Source: a virus
Taxonomy: Duplodnaviria; Caudoviricetes
Reading direction: 5' to 3' (one strand)
Virus record (IMG/VR): IMGVR_UViG_3300025735_000294
Coordinates: 1-64,000 of that record
DNA: 64,000 bases
The position numbers and the translations under genes are program-made. Positions within the stretch are counted from its first letter, which is position 1, and each line of letters opens with the position of its first letter. The notes below the pieces were generated by a model. That model saw only the letters and a list, made by a program, of their open reading frames with translations. It was not told where the DNA came from and did not search any database. Of the stretch, positions 49,532-57,732 are shown one piece after another.

Positions 49532-50803
49532 ATGAAAATGAGCACTGTTTTACCACAGCAAAAAGCCGTAACTGAGGATGTCTTAGCTGCAGGGATTGAA
49601 GCGCTGCGTAGCCAAATATCTCTCGCCATGAAGCGATCTGCCGGTGATGACCTTACCGTGAGACTTTTTGAGAGTGCATTGCTCTCACTCGATAACCTGG
49701 TATCGGCTATCAACATACGATTGGACGATTCGGTTGATGAGTTTAACCGGGTTGTTGATCTGCTAGAACAGTATCAAGAAGACATGAACACTCATCATCT
49801 GGAGGTGGTCAAGCTATGTGGCTTGGAGATGGGGCCATATAGCGAGTTAGCCGGATTACTTGCTACCAGGCTCGAAGACCTTAAAATTCAGGTCCAGCAC
49901 GCCAATAATCGCACCGACGCCTCAATGCTGATGAACGACGAGCTTAGGCGTTCCTTCAACAAGTATAAAAAAGACTACCCTGAAAGCCTCGTAATTGACC
50001 TGCGGAGCCGTGAACGTGATAACAACAGCTTGAAGCGTGAGCGCAAGGCGCTCAAAGAGGAGATAGCTGAGCTTGGAAAAAGCCTGAGAGAACATAAGAA
50101 GAAATGCGTTCATCTTGAAAGTGATAACCTGGCTCGTGCGAAGGAAATCCAAACGTTAAAGGAAAACGATTTAGCGTTGAGAGAAACTCTTGATGAATAC
50201 AGCGGCATTCGGGACAAAGTGAAATGCTTCGATATCACAAAGAACGGTGGTAACGGAGGTTTTGCCTATATCTATAGCTACCCCTTTGGCCTGGCCGCCG
50301 ATGTAGGCCGTCGTCACGAAGTCATTTTAACCGCGCGTTTCCACTTTCAGATCCGGACCAGTCACCTTCTGGCCATGGATGTGATCCCAACAATATGGGG
50401 AGCTCCGTTATACAATCGGCTGAAGGATTTCGAGGAGAATTGGAACACTGAAATCGATGAAGAGCTCCACCAAAGGATCATGATGAAGCTTGAGAAGAGC
50501 TTCCCTAAGCTGCATAGGCGTATCAGTGCTTCCAAAGTGGCGAGTGTTGACGAACTAGATATGCGTCCCACTACGCTGGTGGTCCTTAAAGCACTGGGCT
50601 TTACGACCGTCTTCAATGTTGCATCTATACCATCTACTTTCATGCCTTCCATTGAAGGGTTAGACAAACAGATGGATGAGGAGATCGTTGCTTCGGTGCG
50701 CATGTGGGCATCCAAATGGGATAAACAGAACGGAATCGTCGAAGAGCTCTATGGCATGAAAAACACGGTAACAGGGCAAGTATTTTACAAAGCCAACAAG
50801 TAA
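49532..50803 (+). CDS. pmgS: P1 PmgS-like coiled-coil protein
   Basis: DVL.AGI, DDLT.R.F..A, long coiled coil, W.K.NG C-terminus as recalled for PmgS. Confidence 0.7.
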   Translation: MKMSTVLPQQKAVTEDVLAAGIEALRSQISLAMKRSAGDDLTVRLFESALLSLDNLVSAINIRLDDSVDEFNRVVDLLEQYQEDMNTHHLEVVKLCGLEMGPYSELAGLLATRLEDLKIQVQHANNRTDASMLMNDELRRSFNKYKKDYPESLVIDLRSRERDNNSLKRERKALKEEIAELGKSLREHKKKCVHLESDNLARAKEIQTLKENDLALRETLDEYSGIRDKVKCFDITKNGGNGGFAYIYSYPFGLAADVGRRHEVILTARFHFQIRTSHLLAMDVIPTIWGAPLYNRLKDFEENWNTEIDEELHQRIMMKLEKSFPKLHRRISASKVASVDELDMRPTTLVVLKALGFTTVFNVASIPSTFMPSIEGLDKQMDEEIVASVRMWASKWDKQNGIVEELYGMKNTVTGQVFYKANK

Positions 50804-50856
50804 TTAGATTTAGTATCAACAATCTAATTGAATTATCCATTTAGCAGTGTTAAATT
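50804..50856 (+). promoter_or_regulatory. Perfect operator abutting a sigma70 promoter (TTGAAT-17-TAAATT, extended -10 TG) for the RNA cluster
   Basis: TTAGATT tagtatcaac AATCTAA at 50804-50827; -35 at 50828, -10 at 50851. Confidence 0.7.
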
Positions 50857-50863
50857 TCCACAC

Positions 50864-51399
50864 GTTCGCTGAGGTTGGTGGACAGGGAGGCGGGAAGGAA
50901 CCCAGGTATATGCAAGCCACGGTCTTTCGCCCTTACCTGATCAAAATCAAATTTAAGCATTAGATTTTGAATCCTCCCTATACACCACGCCTCAACGGAC
51001 TGCTAATACATGGCATCGCCTTCCCCTTAACTGGGAGGATGGAAAAGCAGCCATTACAGAGATGACTACAGCTCATGCGCTAAGAACCTAGTTAATGAGT
51101 CAAATACAACGGGTCGTATTGTAGTCGTCTCTGCAATGGGAGTAGGACTAGCCAGCCGGAGGTGCTTTAACACCGGCAGTGACAGCGGATTAGTGCGATG
51201 AGCCCATACTCATCTTCCTCCTTAAACCAAAGAGGGTAATCGTATTCCCTGGCAACTGAATAGGGGGAAGTCAGAACGGAAGCGATTATGATTCTTTGTT
51301 CCGTGATATCACCGTTTAGCCCGCGCTAAGGGCTGTTAAGTAAAGGAATGGAATTGCTGTGTGTAGTCTTTGCCCATCTCCCACGATGGGCCTTTTTTT
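50864..51399 (+). ncRNA. Candidate large multi-domain structured RNA or RNA cluster ending in an intrinsic terminator
   Basis: No ORF >=60 aa; long-range stems 50864-50890/50972-51000 and 51051-51070/51120-51139; terminator GCCCATC..GATGGGC-T7. Confidence 0.5.
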
Positions 51400-51491
51400 A
51401 CACCAGCCCATAACAGGTAAGAGCATTGAGAACCGCCGAGACTGACTGAAATAAAGTTAAGTCCGTGCAAACGTCATGCAGTGCTCTTCCC

Positions 51492-51617
51492 GTTGTGGTA
51501 ATGCGGCTCAGCGCTCGTGGTAATTAGTGATGCCATTGCTTTTTCCTGTGGTTTGTATAGCGCCGCTGGTGGTTTTTCACTATCCCATCCAGCAGGGGGA
51601 GGCACCCCCGCCACAAC
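51492..51617 (+). ncRNA. tRNA-shaped C4/CI-like RNA, unit 1
   Basis: GTTGTGG/CCACAAC acceptor stem, AATGCGGCTCAGCG 5' module, T-arm mimic GGGGG-AGGCA-CCCCC. Confidence 0.6.
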
Positions 51618-51830
51618 GTTCTACAGTACAAAGGATCGAAACGGGTCGCCCTCCTAATGAGAGGAGTGTTTTGAGGAAGGTGAACGACAAGTAGCCCCTC
51701 CTGTCACGGCAGTGAAAGCGGTTGATGGCTTATCCCGCTCATAGAATGCCCCGTGAGGCTAAATAAATGCCCGCCTGCTCCCCGTTAACGGAGCACCACA
51801 ATCAAAACGGGTGTTAGACGCTCTTTTTGA

Positions 51831-51958
51831 TTGTGGTGAATGCGGCTAAGCGCACGCGGGGAATTGGTTTTAAATTTGAGCTCCAGTTCATAGGTAAAAA
51901 CTTCCCGTCCACGGTCTAAAGCCAGCCAAAGGACACCGGGAGGCACCCGGCACCACAA
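51831..51958 (+). ncRNA. tRNA-shaped C4/CI-like RNA, unit 2
   Basis: TTGTGGTG/CACCACAA acceptor, AATGCGGCTAAGCG, T-arm mimic CCGGG-AGGCA-CCCGG. Confidence 0.65.
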
Positions 51959-52026
51959 ACCAACACCACGCCCGGAGACGGCTAAGTAACCTGAATGGCG
52001 AAACGTCAATGTACCTGAACCGGCAA

Positions 52027-52081
52027 TGTGTGCCGAGGACGGAAGGCATATGCCGTGACAGCCGAGAGAGTTCGGCACACA
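52027..52081 (+). ncRNA. Mini C4-like RNA, unit 3
   Basis: TGTGTG/CACACA acceptor, GTGACAG element, GCCGA-GAGAGT-TCGGC 3' arm. Confidence 0.5.
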
Positions 52082-52228
52082 ACAGAGTGAATCATTCTTG
52101 CCTCTGGTCCGGGATCGCGACTGGTGGGGGCGGGTAGCCACACAAGCCGTAACGCGAAACGGCCCGAGTGGAGTTAAGCGAGGAGAACCTTATCGGGGAA
52201 GTGAAACCCTGGGGGGATGGTTCACCCT

Positions 52229-52358
52229 GTTGTGGATGTAGCTCAATTGGAACAGAGCGCCCCTGAAGGGGGAGTTGAGCGCTACCTAAGGATCATAACC
52301 CAGGGTATCTCATACGGTCCGGCCGGACGTTATCCGGGTTCAAGTCCCGGCACACAAC
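52229..52358 (+). ncRNA. tRNA-like RNA with canonical D and T arms and an oversized anticodon domain, unit 4
   Basis: TAGCTCAATTGGAACAGAGC D-arm; CCGGG-TTCAAGT-CCCGG T-arm; ~75 nt between them; bulged acceptor. Confidence 0.6.
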
Positions 52359-52395
52359 CTCATAGAATCAAGTAATCATAGAATTCTGTAATCAT

Positions 52396-52509
52396 ATGAA
52401 TATTTTCGAGTTCATGGACAAGAACCCAGGCCTGACATTGGCCATGATTATCGTTGTTGTCTTTGGGTTTGCTAACATCGCAAGTTCGCTCCGCCGCAAG
52501 AAGCCTTAA
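52396..52509 (+). CDS. 37-aa single-pass membrane peptide
   Basis: MNIFEFMDKNPGLTLAMIIVVVFGFANIASSLRRKKP; hydrophobic core with basic tail; below ORF-track cutoff. Confidence 0.5.
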   Translation: MNIFEFMDKNPGLTLAMIIVVVFGFANIASSLRRKKP

Positions 52510-52560
52510 GCCGCCTCGTTTAGTTTTGGTTAAGTCATTGTACTTTAACCTTACGCTCCC

Positions 52561-52665
52561 TGAGGTGAATCCCCCTAAGCGGCGGGGCATATCAGCTGCG
52601 ACAACACCTTGCCAATGCGAGTTCCAATGCTGTGAGGAGCTCACCGGGAGGCACCCGGCACCTCA
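52561..52665 (+). ncRNA. tRNA-shaped C4/CI-like RNA, unit 5
   Basis: TGAGGTG/CACCTCA acceptor, AAT-CCCC-CTAAGCG loop, CCGGG-AGGCA-CCCGG T-arm mimic. Confidence 0.65.
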
Positions 52666-52674
52666 AACTTTCAA

Positions 52675-52751
52675 GGCCCTTTAGCTCAGTTGGTTAGAGC
52701 AATCGACTCATAATCGACAGGTCGCTGGTTCAAGTCCAGCAAGGGCCATCA
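52675..52751 (+). tRNA. tRNA-Ile2 (CAT anticodon, lysidine type, reads AUA)
   Basis: Cloverleaf GGCCCTT..TAGCTCAG.TGGTTAGAGC..CTCATAA..GGTTCAAGTCC..AAGGGCC-A, closely like E. coli ileX; ends TCA rather than CCA. Confidence 0.9.
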
Positions 52752-52912
52752 CCTCTCTCTACTGTTTTCAAATCACATCATCCCGCTGGTGGGCGTGCAC
52801 CTCTCATAGAACACATACTCACTGATACCAAATCTAAACATAAACTTTTATGCAGTTATTAAACGTTTCCTAACTACCTACAATACCGGCAGTGTTGGTT
52901 TTTGGAGTTGTT

Positions 52913-53593
52913 ATGAGACGGATAACAAGCATGCACATTGCTGACTTAATGCTGGAAGAAAATCGCTATATGTCGATTCCAGAGATTATGGCCCTCGCTA
53001 AGCAACGACACCCTGACCTCGACATCACCCGTTGCCAGGTAACAAACATCACGAAGAGTTTTGTTAACTCAAAGTATGCATCCTGCGACTTCAAAAACGA
53101 CAGATATCCAAGGCTCTACAAGCTCTACTACCTCCACAATTACACCTTCAAACCGAGGGATGGCATTGCCAGCTCCCACCGCCGGTTCACAAAATCAGAG
53201 CTCATATGCAGCCTAGAAGTTTCTGCTTTAATGCTCCGGGAACGTCGATTCTTGACTATCACTGAACTGACGAAAATTGCGAAAAAAGAGTACCCGAGGT
53301 TCCGTGTAGAGCGCGGGCAGGTCATGAACATAGTGAGAGCCTTCGTTTCATCTAACAAAGCGCTCTGTGAGGTTGATGCAGATGCATACCCACACAGGTA
53401 CTTTCTGCGAAGCCTGAACGGGTACAAGTTCAAAGTTCGCAACCGCGATGAGCACTTAGACATTCACAATCTTCAAGCGCCTAGCAAAGCCTCCTGTGAG
53501 GTTTTAGAGCGGGAGCGACAATTACTCAGCAACTTAGCCAAAAACATCATGGATGATTCTGCACGCCGTCGTGAGGCAGCTTGTGGCAGATAA
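52913..53593 (+). CDS. lpa: Late promoter activator (P1 Lpa-like) with internally duplicated domain
   Basis: Directly upstream of pacA as in P1; two ~80-aa repeats ending YP.RY.L..L..Y.FK. Confidence 0.7.
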   Translation: MRRITSMHIADLMLEENRYMSIPEIMALAKQRHPDLDITRCQVTNITKSFVNSKYASCDFKNDRYPRLYKLYYLHNYTFKPRDGIASSHRRFTKSELICSLEVSALMLRERRFLTITELTKIAKKEYPRFRVERGQVMNIVRAFVSSNKALCEVDADAYPHRYFLRSLNGYKFKVRNRDEHLDIHNLQAPSKASCEVLERERQLLSNLAKNIMDDSARRREAACGR

Positions 53594-54893
53594 GGTTGAA
53601 TGGGATTGGCACCTTGAGAACTTCATACGCCAGAACAAAGAGCACAAAGTAACCATAGAGGAATACTGCCGCGCTTATGAACTCACATACAGCACTGGCA
53701 GAAAAAAACTCAATAAGAAACGTGCTGCTGCAGGGGATCACTTACCTAAAAGTACCCTTAAAAAGGGGGATCAAAAGCGAAATGATCCCCCTAAAAAGAT
53801 CCCCCGTAACTGCAAAGGGGATCATCCAGAAAAAACCAATACGAATAATAGGTTAGATGATGGGAAGGGGCGAAAAGGGGTAAGCAAAAGCACTCATTTG
53901 CCATCGAGCAGCGTCAAAGTGATCCCTAAAGATGGCGTTGTTCATACCAAAAAGCCACGAGGCGGTACTAGGTTTGCCAAAGGCAACGAGCTGGGGCTTG
54001 TCACAGGCATCGGCGGGACACCGCGAGAGCAGGACGTACAGGCTGCGCTTGAAGCCCTCAGCCAAGGCGATGATACCTATCTCTTTGAGACGATTTTACG
54101 GAATGAATCACACAAGAAGCTTGTCGAAAGGGCGTTTAGTCGCACCGCAGCGCGGTTAGAAGCTGAAATAGAAGCGATGGCTAAGCCCAAGGCCAAGGAG
54201 AAAGACGAAGAGCAACAATTCGGTCCACCTCCAGACATGGTGCTGCTGAAGATGGCACTCGAAGTCGGTTATTACTTCAATGACCACCAAAGCCGTATCG
54301 CTGCTGTCATCCAGGCACGCCAGAAACTCAACTTAGACAAAGACAAGAACCAGGCCAAGGCCCTGGCAGATCGCCGTAAGCTCAATACCGAAGATTTACG
54401 CCTCGAAATGCGCCAGCAAGAGTTGGCCGATAAGCAACATGAGCGCGACCGCACACAGCAAGCCGTTACTGACGCATTGCGTATGCGTGAGAATGACGAA
54501 CTGGACGACATTGGAGTAGCGGAATACATCGAGGTCCTGGGGCTTAAGGTTCCGGCGTTCCTCGCAGCTAGAGCACAAAAAGCACTGGATGGGCTCGAGC
54601 CTCCTGTATCGAATGACAGCACTGTTGATGACGATCAGATTGAGCGAGAAGCTGAAGAATACCGTCGACGTCGAGATGAATTACCGCAGGTGCTTGAAGA
54701 ACGCCGAGAAGCAGTTATTGCCATGGTGGAACAGATGGGCCAGGGCGATGTCGATTTGACTGGAGAGCGGAAAGCAGGGGAGTTTGAGGATGATGACCCT
54801 GATTTAGATTTAGACCCCTCAGCTACCGCCGATATTTACAATGAAGAGCCAGTAGAGATCGCCATTGAACCGCCTGATGAAGGCGATGATTAA
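53553..54893 (+). CDS. pacA: Terminase small subunit (P1 PacA)
   Basis: W.WH...F, I.EYC....L.Y.T.R, acidic C-terminus; coupled to pacB. Confidence 0.85.
   Translation: MILHAVVRQLVADKVEWDWHLENFIRQNKEHKVTIEEYCRAYELTYSTGRKKLNKKRAAAGDHLPKSTLKKGDQKRNDPPKKIPRNCKGDHPEKTNTNNRLDDGKGRKGVSKSTHLPSSSVKVIPKDGVVHTKKPRGGTRFAKGNELGLVTGIGGTPREQDVQAALEALSQGDDTYLFETILRNESHKKLVERAFSRTAARLEAEIEAMAKPKAKEKDEEQQFGPPPDMVLLKMALEVGYYFNDHQSRIAAVIQARQKLNLDKDKNQAKALADRRKLNTEDLRLEMRQQELADKQHERDRTQQAVTDALRMRENDELDDIGVAEYIEVLGLKVPAFLAARAQKALDGLEPPVSNDSTVDDDQIEREAEEYRRRRDELPQVLEERREAVIAMVEQMGQGDVDLTGERKAGEFEDDDPDLDLDPSATADIYNEEPVEIAIEPPDEGDD
53733..53927. promoter_or_regulatory. Candidate pac site: six GGGGATC/GATCCC motifs inside pacA
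   Basis: GATC at 53736, 53769, 53784, 53798, 53820, 53921; P1 pac is a Dam-methylated GATC cluster in pacA. Confidence 0.6.
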
Positions 54894-56407
54894 TGGCTTC
54901 AGGCAAGCATAAAATAAAATGCATTACTGACGATCCGCGCTGGCGCGAGCTGGCCGTCCGTTATCGCAAGGATTACATCTCAGCCATCATTTTCTTGTTT
55001 GGCATGATGCCTTCCCACCAGCAGGAAGAAATTATTGCCTCTGTGGAGGAGGTGGGTAGCCGAACAACTGTTACTTCAGGCCACGGTACGGGTAAATCAT
55101 CTTTAACAGCAATGCTTTTGCTGATTTATATGATTATGTACCCAGACGCCCGCGTCATTATCGTTGCCAACAAGATCGGCCAGGTTAAGACCGGTGTATT
55201 CAAATATGTGAAGCAGTATTGGGGCAACGCCATTAAGCGCCATGGCTGGCTCCAAAATTACTTTGTGCTTACCGACACCATGTTCTATGAGCGCAGCCGT
55301 AAAGGGATTTGGGAGGTCCTGTGTAAGGGCTATCGCCTGGGTAATGAAGAAGCATTAGCCGGTGAGCACGCAAAGCACATCCTTCTGATAGTGGATGAGG
55401 CTTCGGGTATCTCAGATAAGGCGCTGAGCATCATGCGCGGCGCATTAACTGAAGAAGATAACCGTATGCTCATGCTGTCCCAGCCGACGCGCCCGACCGG
55501 TTATTTCTACGATTCTCATCATTCCCTCGCGAAGAATCCTGATAACCCTGAAGGGATTTGGAACGCTATCGTCCTCAACTCCGAGGAATCTCCTTTTGTC
55601 TCCCTTAAGTTCATCCGTGAGAAGCTCCTTGAATATGGCGGCCGTGACTCGCTTGAATACATGGTCAAGGTTCTCGGCCAGTTCCCAAGGGAGATCTCCG
55701 GGTATCTTCTGGGCCGGGACGAGCTCGACCGTGCGGCACGCCGCCGCGTTCTGCTGGAGGCAAACTGGGGATGGGTAGCGACCGCTGACGTTGGTAACGG
55801 TCGAGATAAATCGGTGCTCAATATTTCGCGAGTATCAGGTGTACGAGGGCTGAAGCGCCGTGTTGTGTCATTTAAGCTAACAGAAATGCCTGGCACAATG
55901 GACCCGCTCGCCTTTGGTGACTACATCTATAACGAATGCTATTCAGGGAAATACCCAAACATCACAATTGCGGTCGACAGTGATGGTGTTGGGTATGACA
56001 CGGCCACTCAGATCATCCGTAGAGGGGGTAGTGTGGTGCGAATTCGCTGGGGTGCTCACATGTTCTCAAAAGAGGATAGGGGCCGTTTCGTTAACCAGCG
56101 AGCCTATGCAAACATCATGGCCAGAGATGCTATTAAGTCTGGGCGCATGCGCCCAGATTCCTCGCAGAAAACCGCAGAGCAGGCGTCAAAGATACCCTAC
56201 CTCCTCAACGAGGCGGGGCAGATAGCAATGATGAAAAAAGAGATCATGCGACAGAAGCTTAATATCAAATCACCCGATAGATGGGATACTTTTTGCTTTA
56301 CGCAGCTGGTGGATTACGTTCCTGCGAATGAAGAGACCGGTTATGATGTTGCCAGCGTTCGTAATGAAGCGCTGGCTCTTATGGATACGCCAGAATTAGA
56401 TTTGTAG
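54893..56407 (+). CDS. pacB: Terminase large subunit (P1 PacB)
   Basis: Walker A SGHGTGKSS, Walker B LIVDEASG, nuclease DVG.GRD..V, SPDRWD. Confidence 0.95.
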   Translation: MASGKHKIKCITDDPRWRELAVRYRKDYISAIIFLFGMMPSHQQEEIIASVEEVGSRTTVTSGHGTGKSSLTAMLLLIYMIMYPDARVIIVANKIGQVKTGVFKYVKQYWGNAIKRHGWLQNYFVLTDTMFYERSRKGIWEVLCKGYRLGNEEALAGEHAKHILLIVDEASGISDKALSIMRGALTEEDNRMLMLSQPTRPTGYFYDSHHSLAKNPDNPEGIWNAIVLNSEESPFVSLKFIREKLLEYGGRDSLEYMVKVLGQFPREISGYLLGRDELDRAARRRVLLEANWGWVATADVGNGRDKSVLNISRVSGVRGLKRRVVSFKLTEMPGTMDPLAFGDYIYNECYSGKYPNITIAVDSDGVGYDTATQIIRRGGSVVRIRWGAHMFSKEDRGRFVNQRAYANIMARDAIKSGRMRPDSSQKTAEQASKIPYLLNEAGQIAMMKKEIMRQKLNIKSPDRWDTFCFTQLVDYVPANEETGYDVASVRNEALALMDTPELDL

Positions 56408-56412
56408 GTGCC

Positions 56413-57447
56413 TTAGCTATATTTGGCGTTACGAAGAGCTATGGCGAATGTTATGCCATATTTATCTTCGATAGACTTGCCATATTTTGTGCGCATAGCC
56501 TCCACCGTTTCCAGAGATGGATCACCGGCAGCAATCTTTACGTCAAACAGAGACATATCCATACCGTCGAGTAGTTCAAGGCTCTTCTTTCGGGCCTCTA
56601 TTAGCTGATGAATTTTTTCCTTTGCTTCATCGTTGGCGGCAAGCGCTAAGCGCTCGGCATACTTCGCCTCATAGCGTGAACGTCTCATGGTGATTACGCG
56701 TTGAATATAAGAGCGAAGCTTGGAATGAGCCTGCTCTCTATCGACATCCTCAACACGATACACCTTCATATCTTCAAGAACTGAACATGGTATTGGCTCT
56801 AAATAATCGTATACGGTGCTATATATGCCAGTGTGTTCATTTAATATCTCTATGTCCTTCGCTTTTAATGACTTAGAGTAAATTAAGATGCCATGCGCTC
56901 CGAAACGAGTGCGTTCATTATCGCCATCATGTGAAATAATGTCTAAATATGAATCGGTATACCCAGTTCTACGGGCACGAAATTGAGTGCCTTCTGGCAT
57001 ATCAGAAAACCGTTTCTGTTCATTAATAAATACTTCGACTGAATCGGCGACGCCTGGAATAGCAGATAGCTTTTTAATCATTCTCTCATAACGTCGAATG
57101 ATATCTTCACGCATGTAAGTTGTTGTCGAGGTTGCGTCAGTCCTTGTAATTTTTACTATCCCTTTGGGATCGTAAAAAATACTCGGCACAGGCGAATACA
57201 TGCCAACAAGAATGGTCATTCGCTTACTTCGATTCTTTCGTAAATCAGTGCAATAATCTGCAAATTCCCGCCATTGATTTAAAAGAATTTCGGCTTTAGA
57301 AACCACTGCATCATCATTTGTTAATGCTGCTAACCGAAACTCAGTGCCTACGGCGTTACGATCCGAATAGATTTTGTACTTTTTTGTTATGTCTGCCCAT
57401 TCCTTGGCTACGACGAGGAATCGCTTGTAGCGTTCTTCGAAATCCAT
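56413..57447 (-). CDS. c1: Primary repressor (P1 C1-like)
   Basis: PVP.I...KI, PEG..FR.R..G, .YD..EPI.C...KVYR..D. match recalled C1; convergent with pacB, divergent from lox-cre. Confidence 0.75.
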   Translation of the reverse strand: MDFEERYKRFLVVAKEWADITKKYKIYSDRNAVGTEFRLAALTNDDAVVSKAEILLNQWREFADYCTDLRKNRSKRMTILVGMYSPVPSIFYDPKGIVKITRTDATSTTTYMREDIIRRYERMIKKLSAIPGVADSVEVFINEQKRFSDMPEGTQFRARRTGYTDSYLDIISHDGDNERTRFGAHGILIYSKSLKAKDIEILNEHTGIYSTVYDYLEPIPCSVLEDMKVYRVEDVDREQAHSKLRSYIQRVITMRRSRYEAKYAERLALAANDEAKEKIHQLIEARKKSLELLDGMDMSLFDVKIAAGDPSLETVEAMRTKYGKSIEDKYGITFAIALRNAKYS

Positions 57448-57610
57448 GTTCGATGCGCCGATCATTTTTCAACTCCTACATTCACGCAAATCAGTGCGCT
57501 AAGAATAGCTTAGATTTATGTTCATAATTATGGTGATTATCTCTTTTAATCTTTTTGCCTCTAATTGTAAATAGCTGGGGCGGTTACGTAATTGCGCTCA
57601 GTAACATTTG

Positions 57611-57634
57611 TTAGATTGTAGATACATAATCTAA
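57611..57634. promoter_or_regulatory. Perfect operator in the c1/cre intergenic region
   Basis: TTAGATT gtagatacat AATCTAA. Confidence 0.7.
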
Positions 57635-57732
57635 ACTCATAATGTAATGTTTTGCATGAGATCGTTTTGCCCTGAGCGCTACAAACCCATAAAAATTTTG
57701 TTGGTATGACCAGCATCATTTTACAAATTATT

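Noticed and set aside
51965-52225. Hammerhead or group II intron domain V resemblance (CTGAATGGCGAAAC, AGCCGTAACGCGAAACGGC, GTGAAA)
   Set aside because: Catalytic cores (CUGAUGA...GAAA with three stems; AGC triad hairpin with bulge) could not be assembled and there is no intron-encoded protein
51785-52684. ORF-track calls 51785-52141, 51888-52082, 52360-52644 and 52454-52684
   Set aside because: They overlap structured RNA elements in GC-rich hairpins, lack RBSs and have no protein-like motifs
51410-52751. CRISPR array interpretation of the repeated RNA scaffolds
   Set aside because: Repeats are not identical or evenly spaced and no cas genes are present
52770-52790. AAATCACA upstream of lpa as a ninth late promoter
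   Set aside because: The position of the -10 hexamer reads GCTGGT, not TAnnnT
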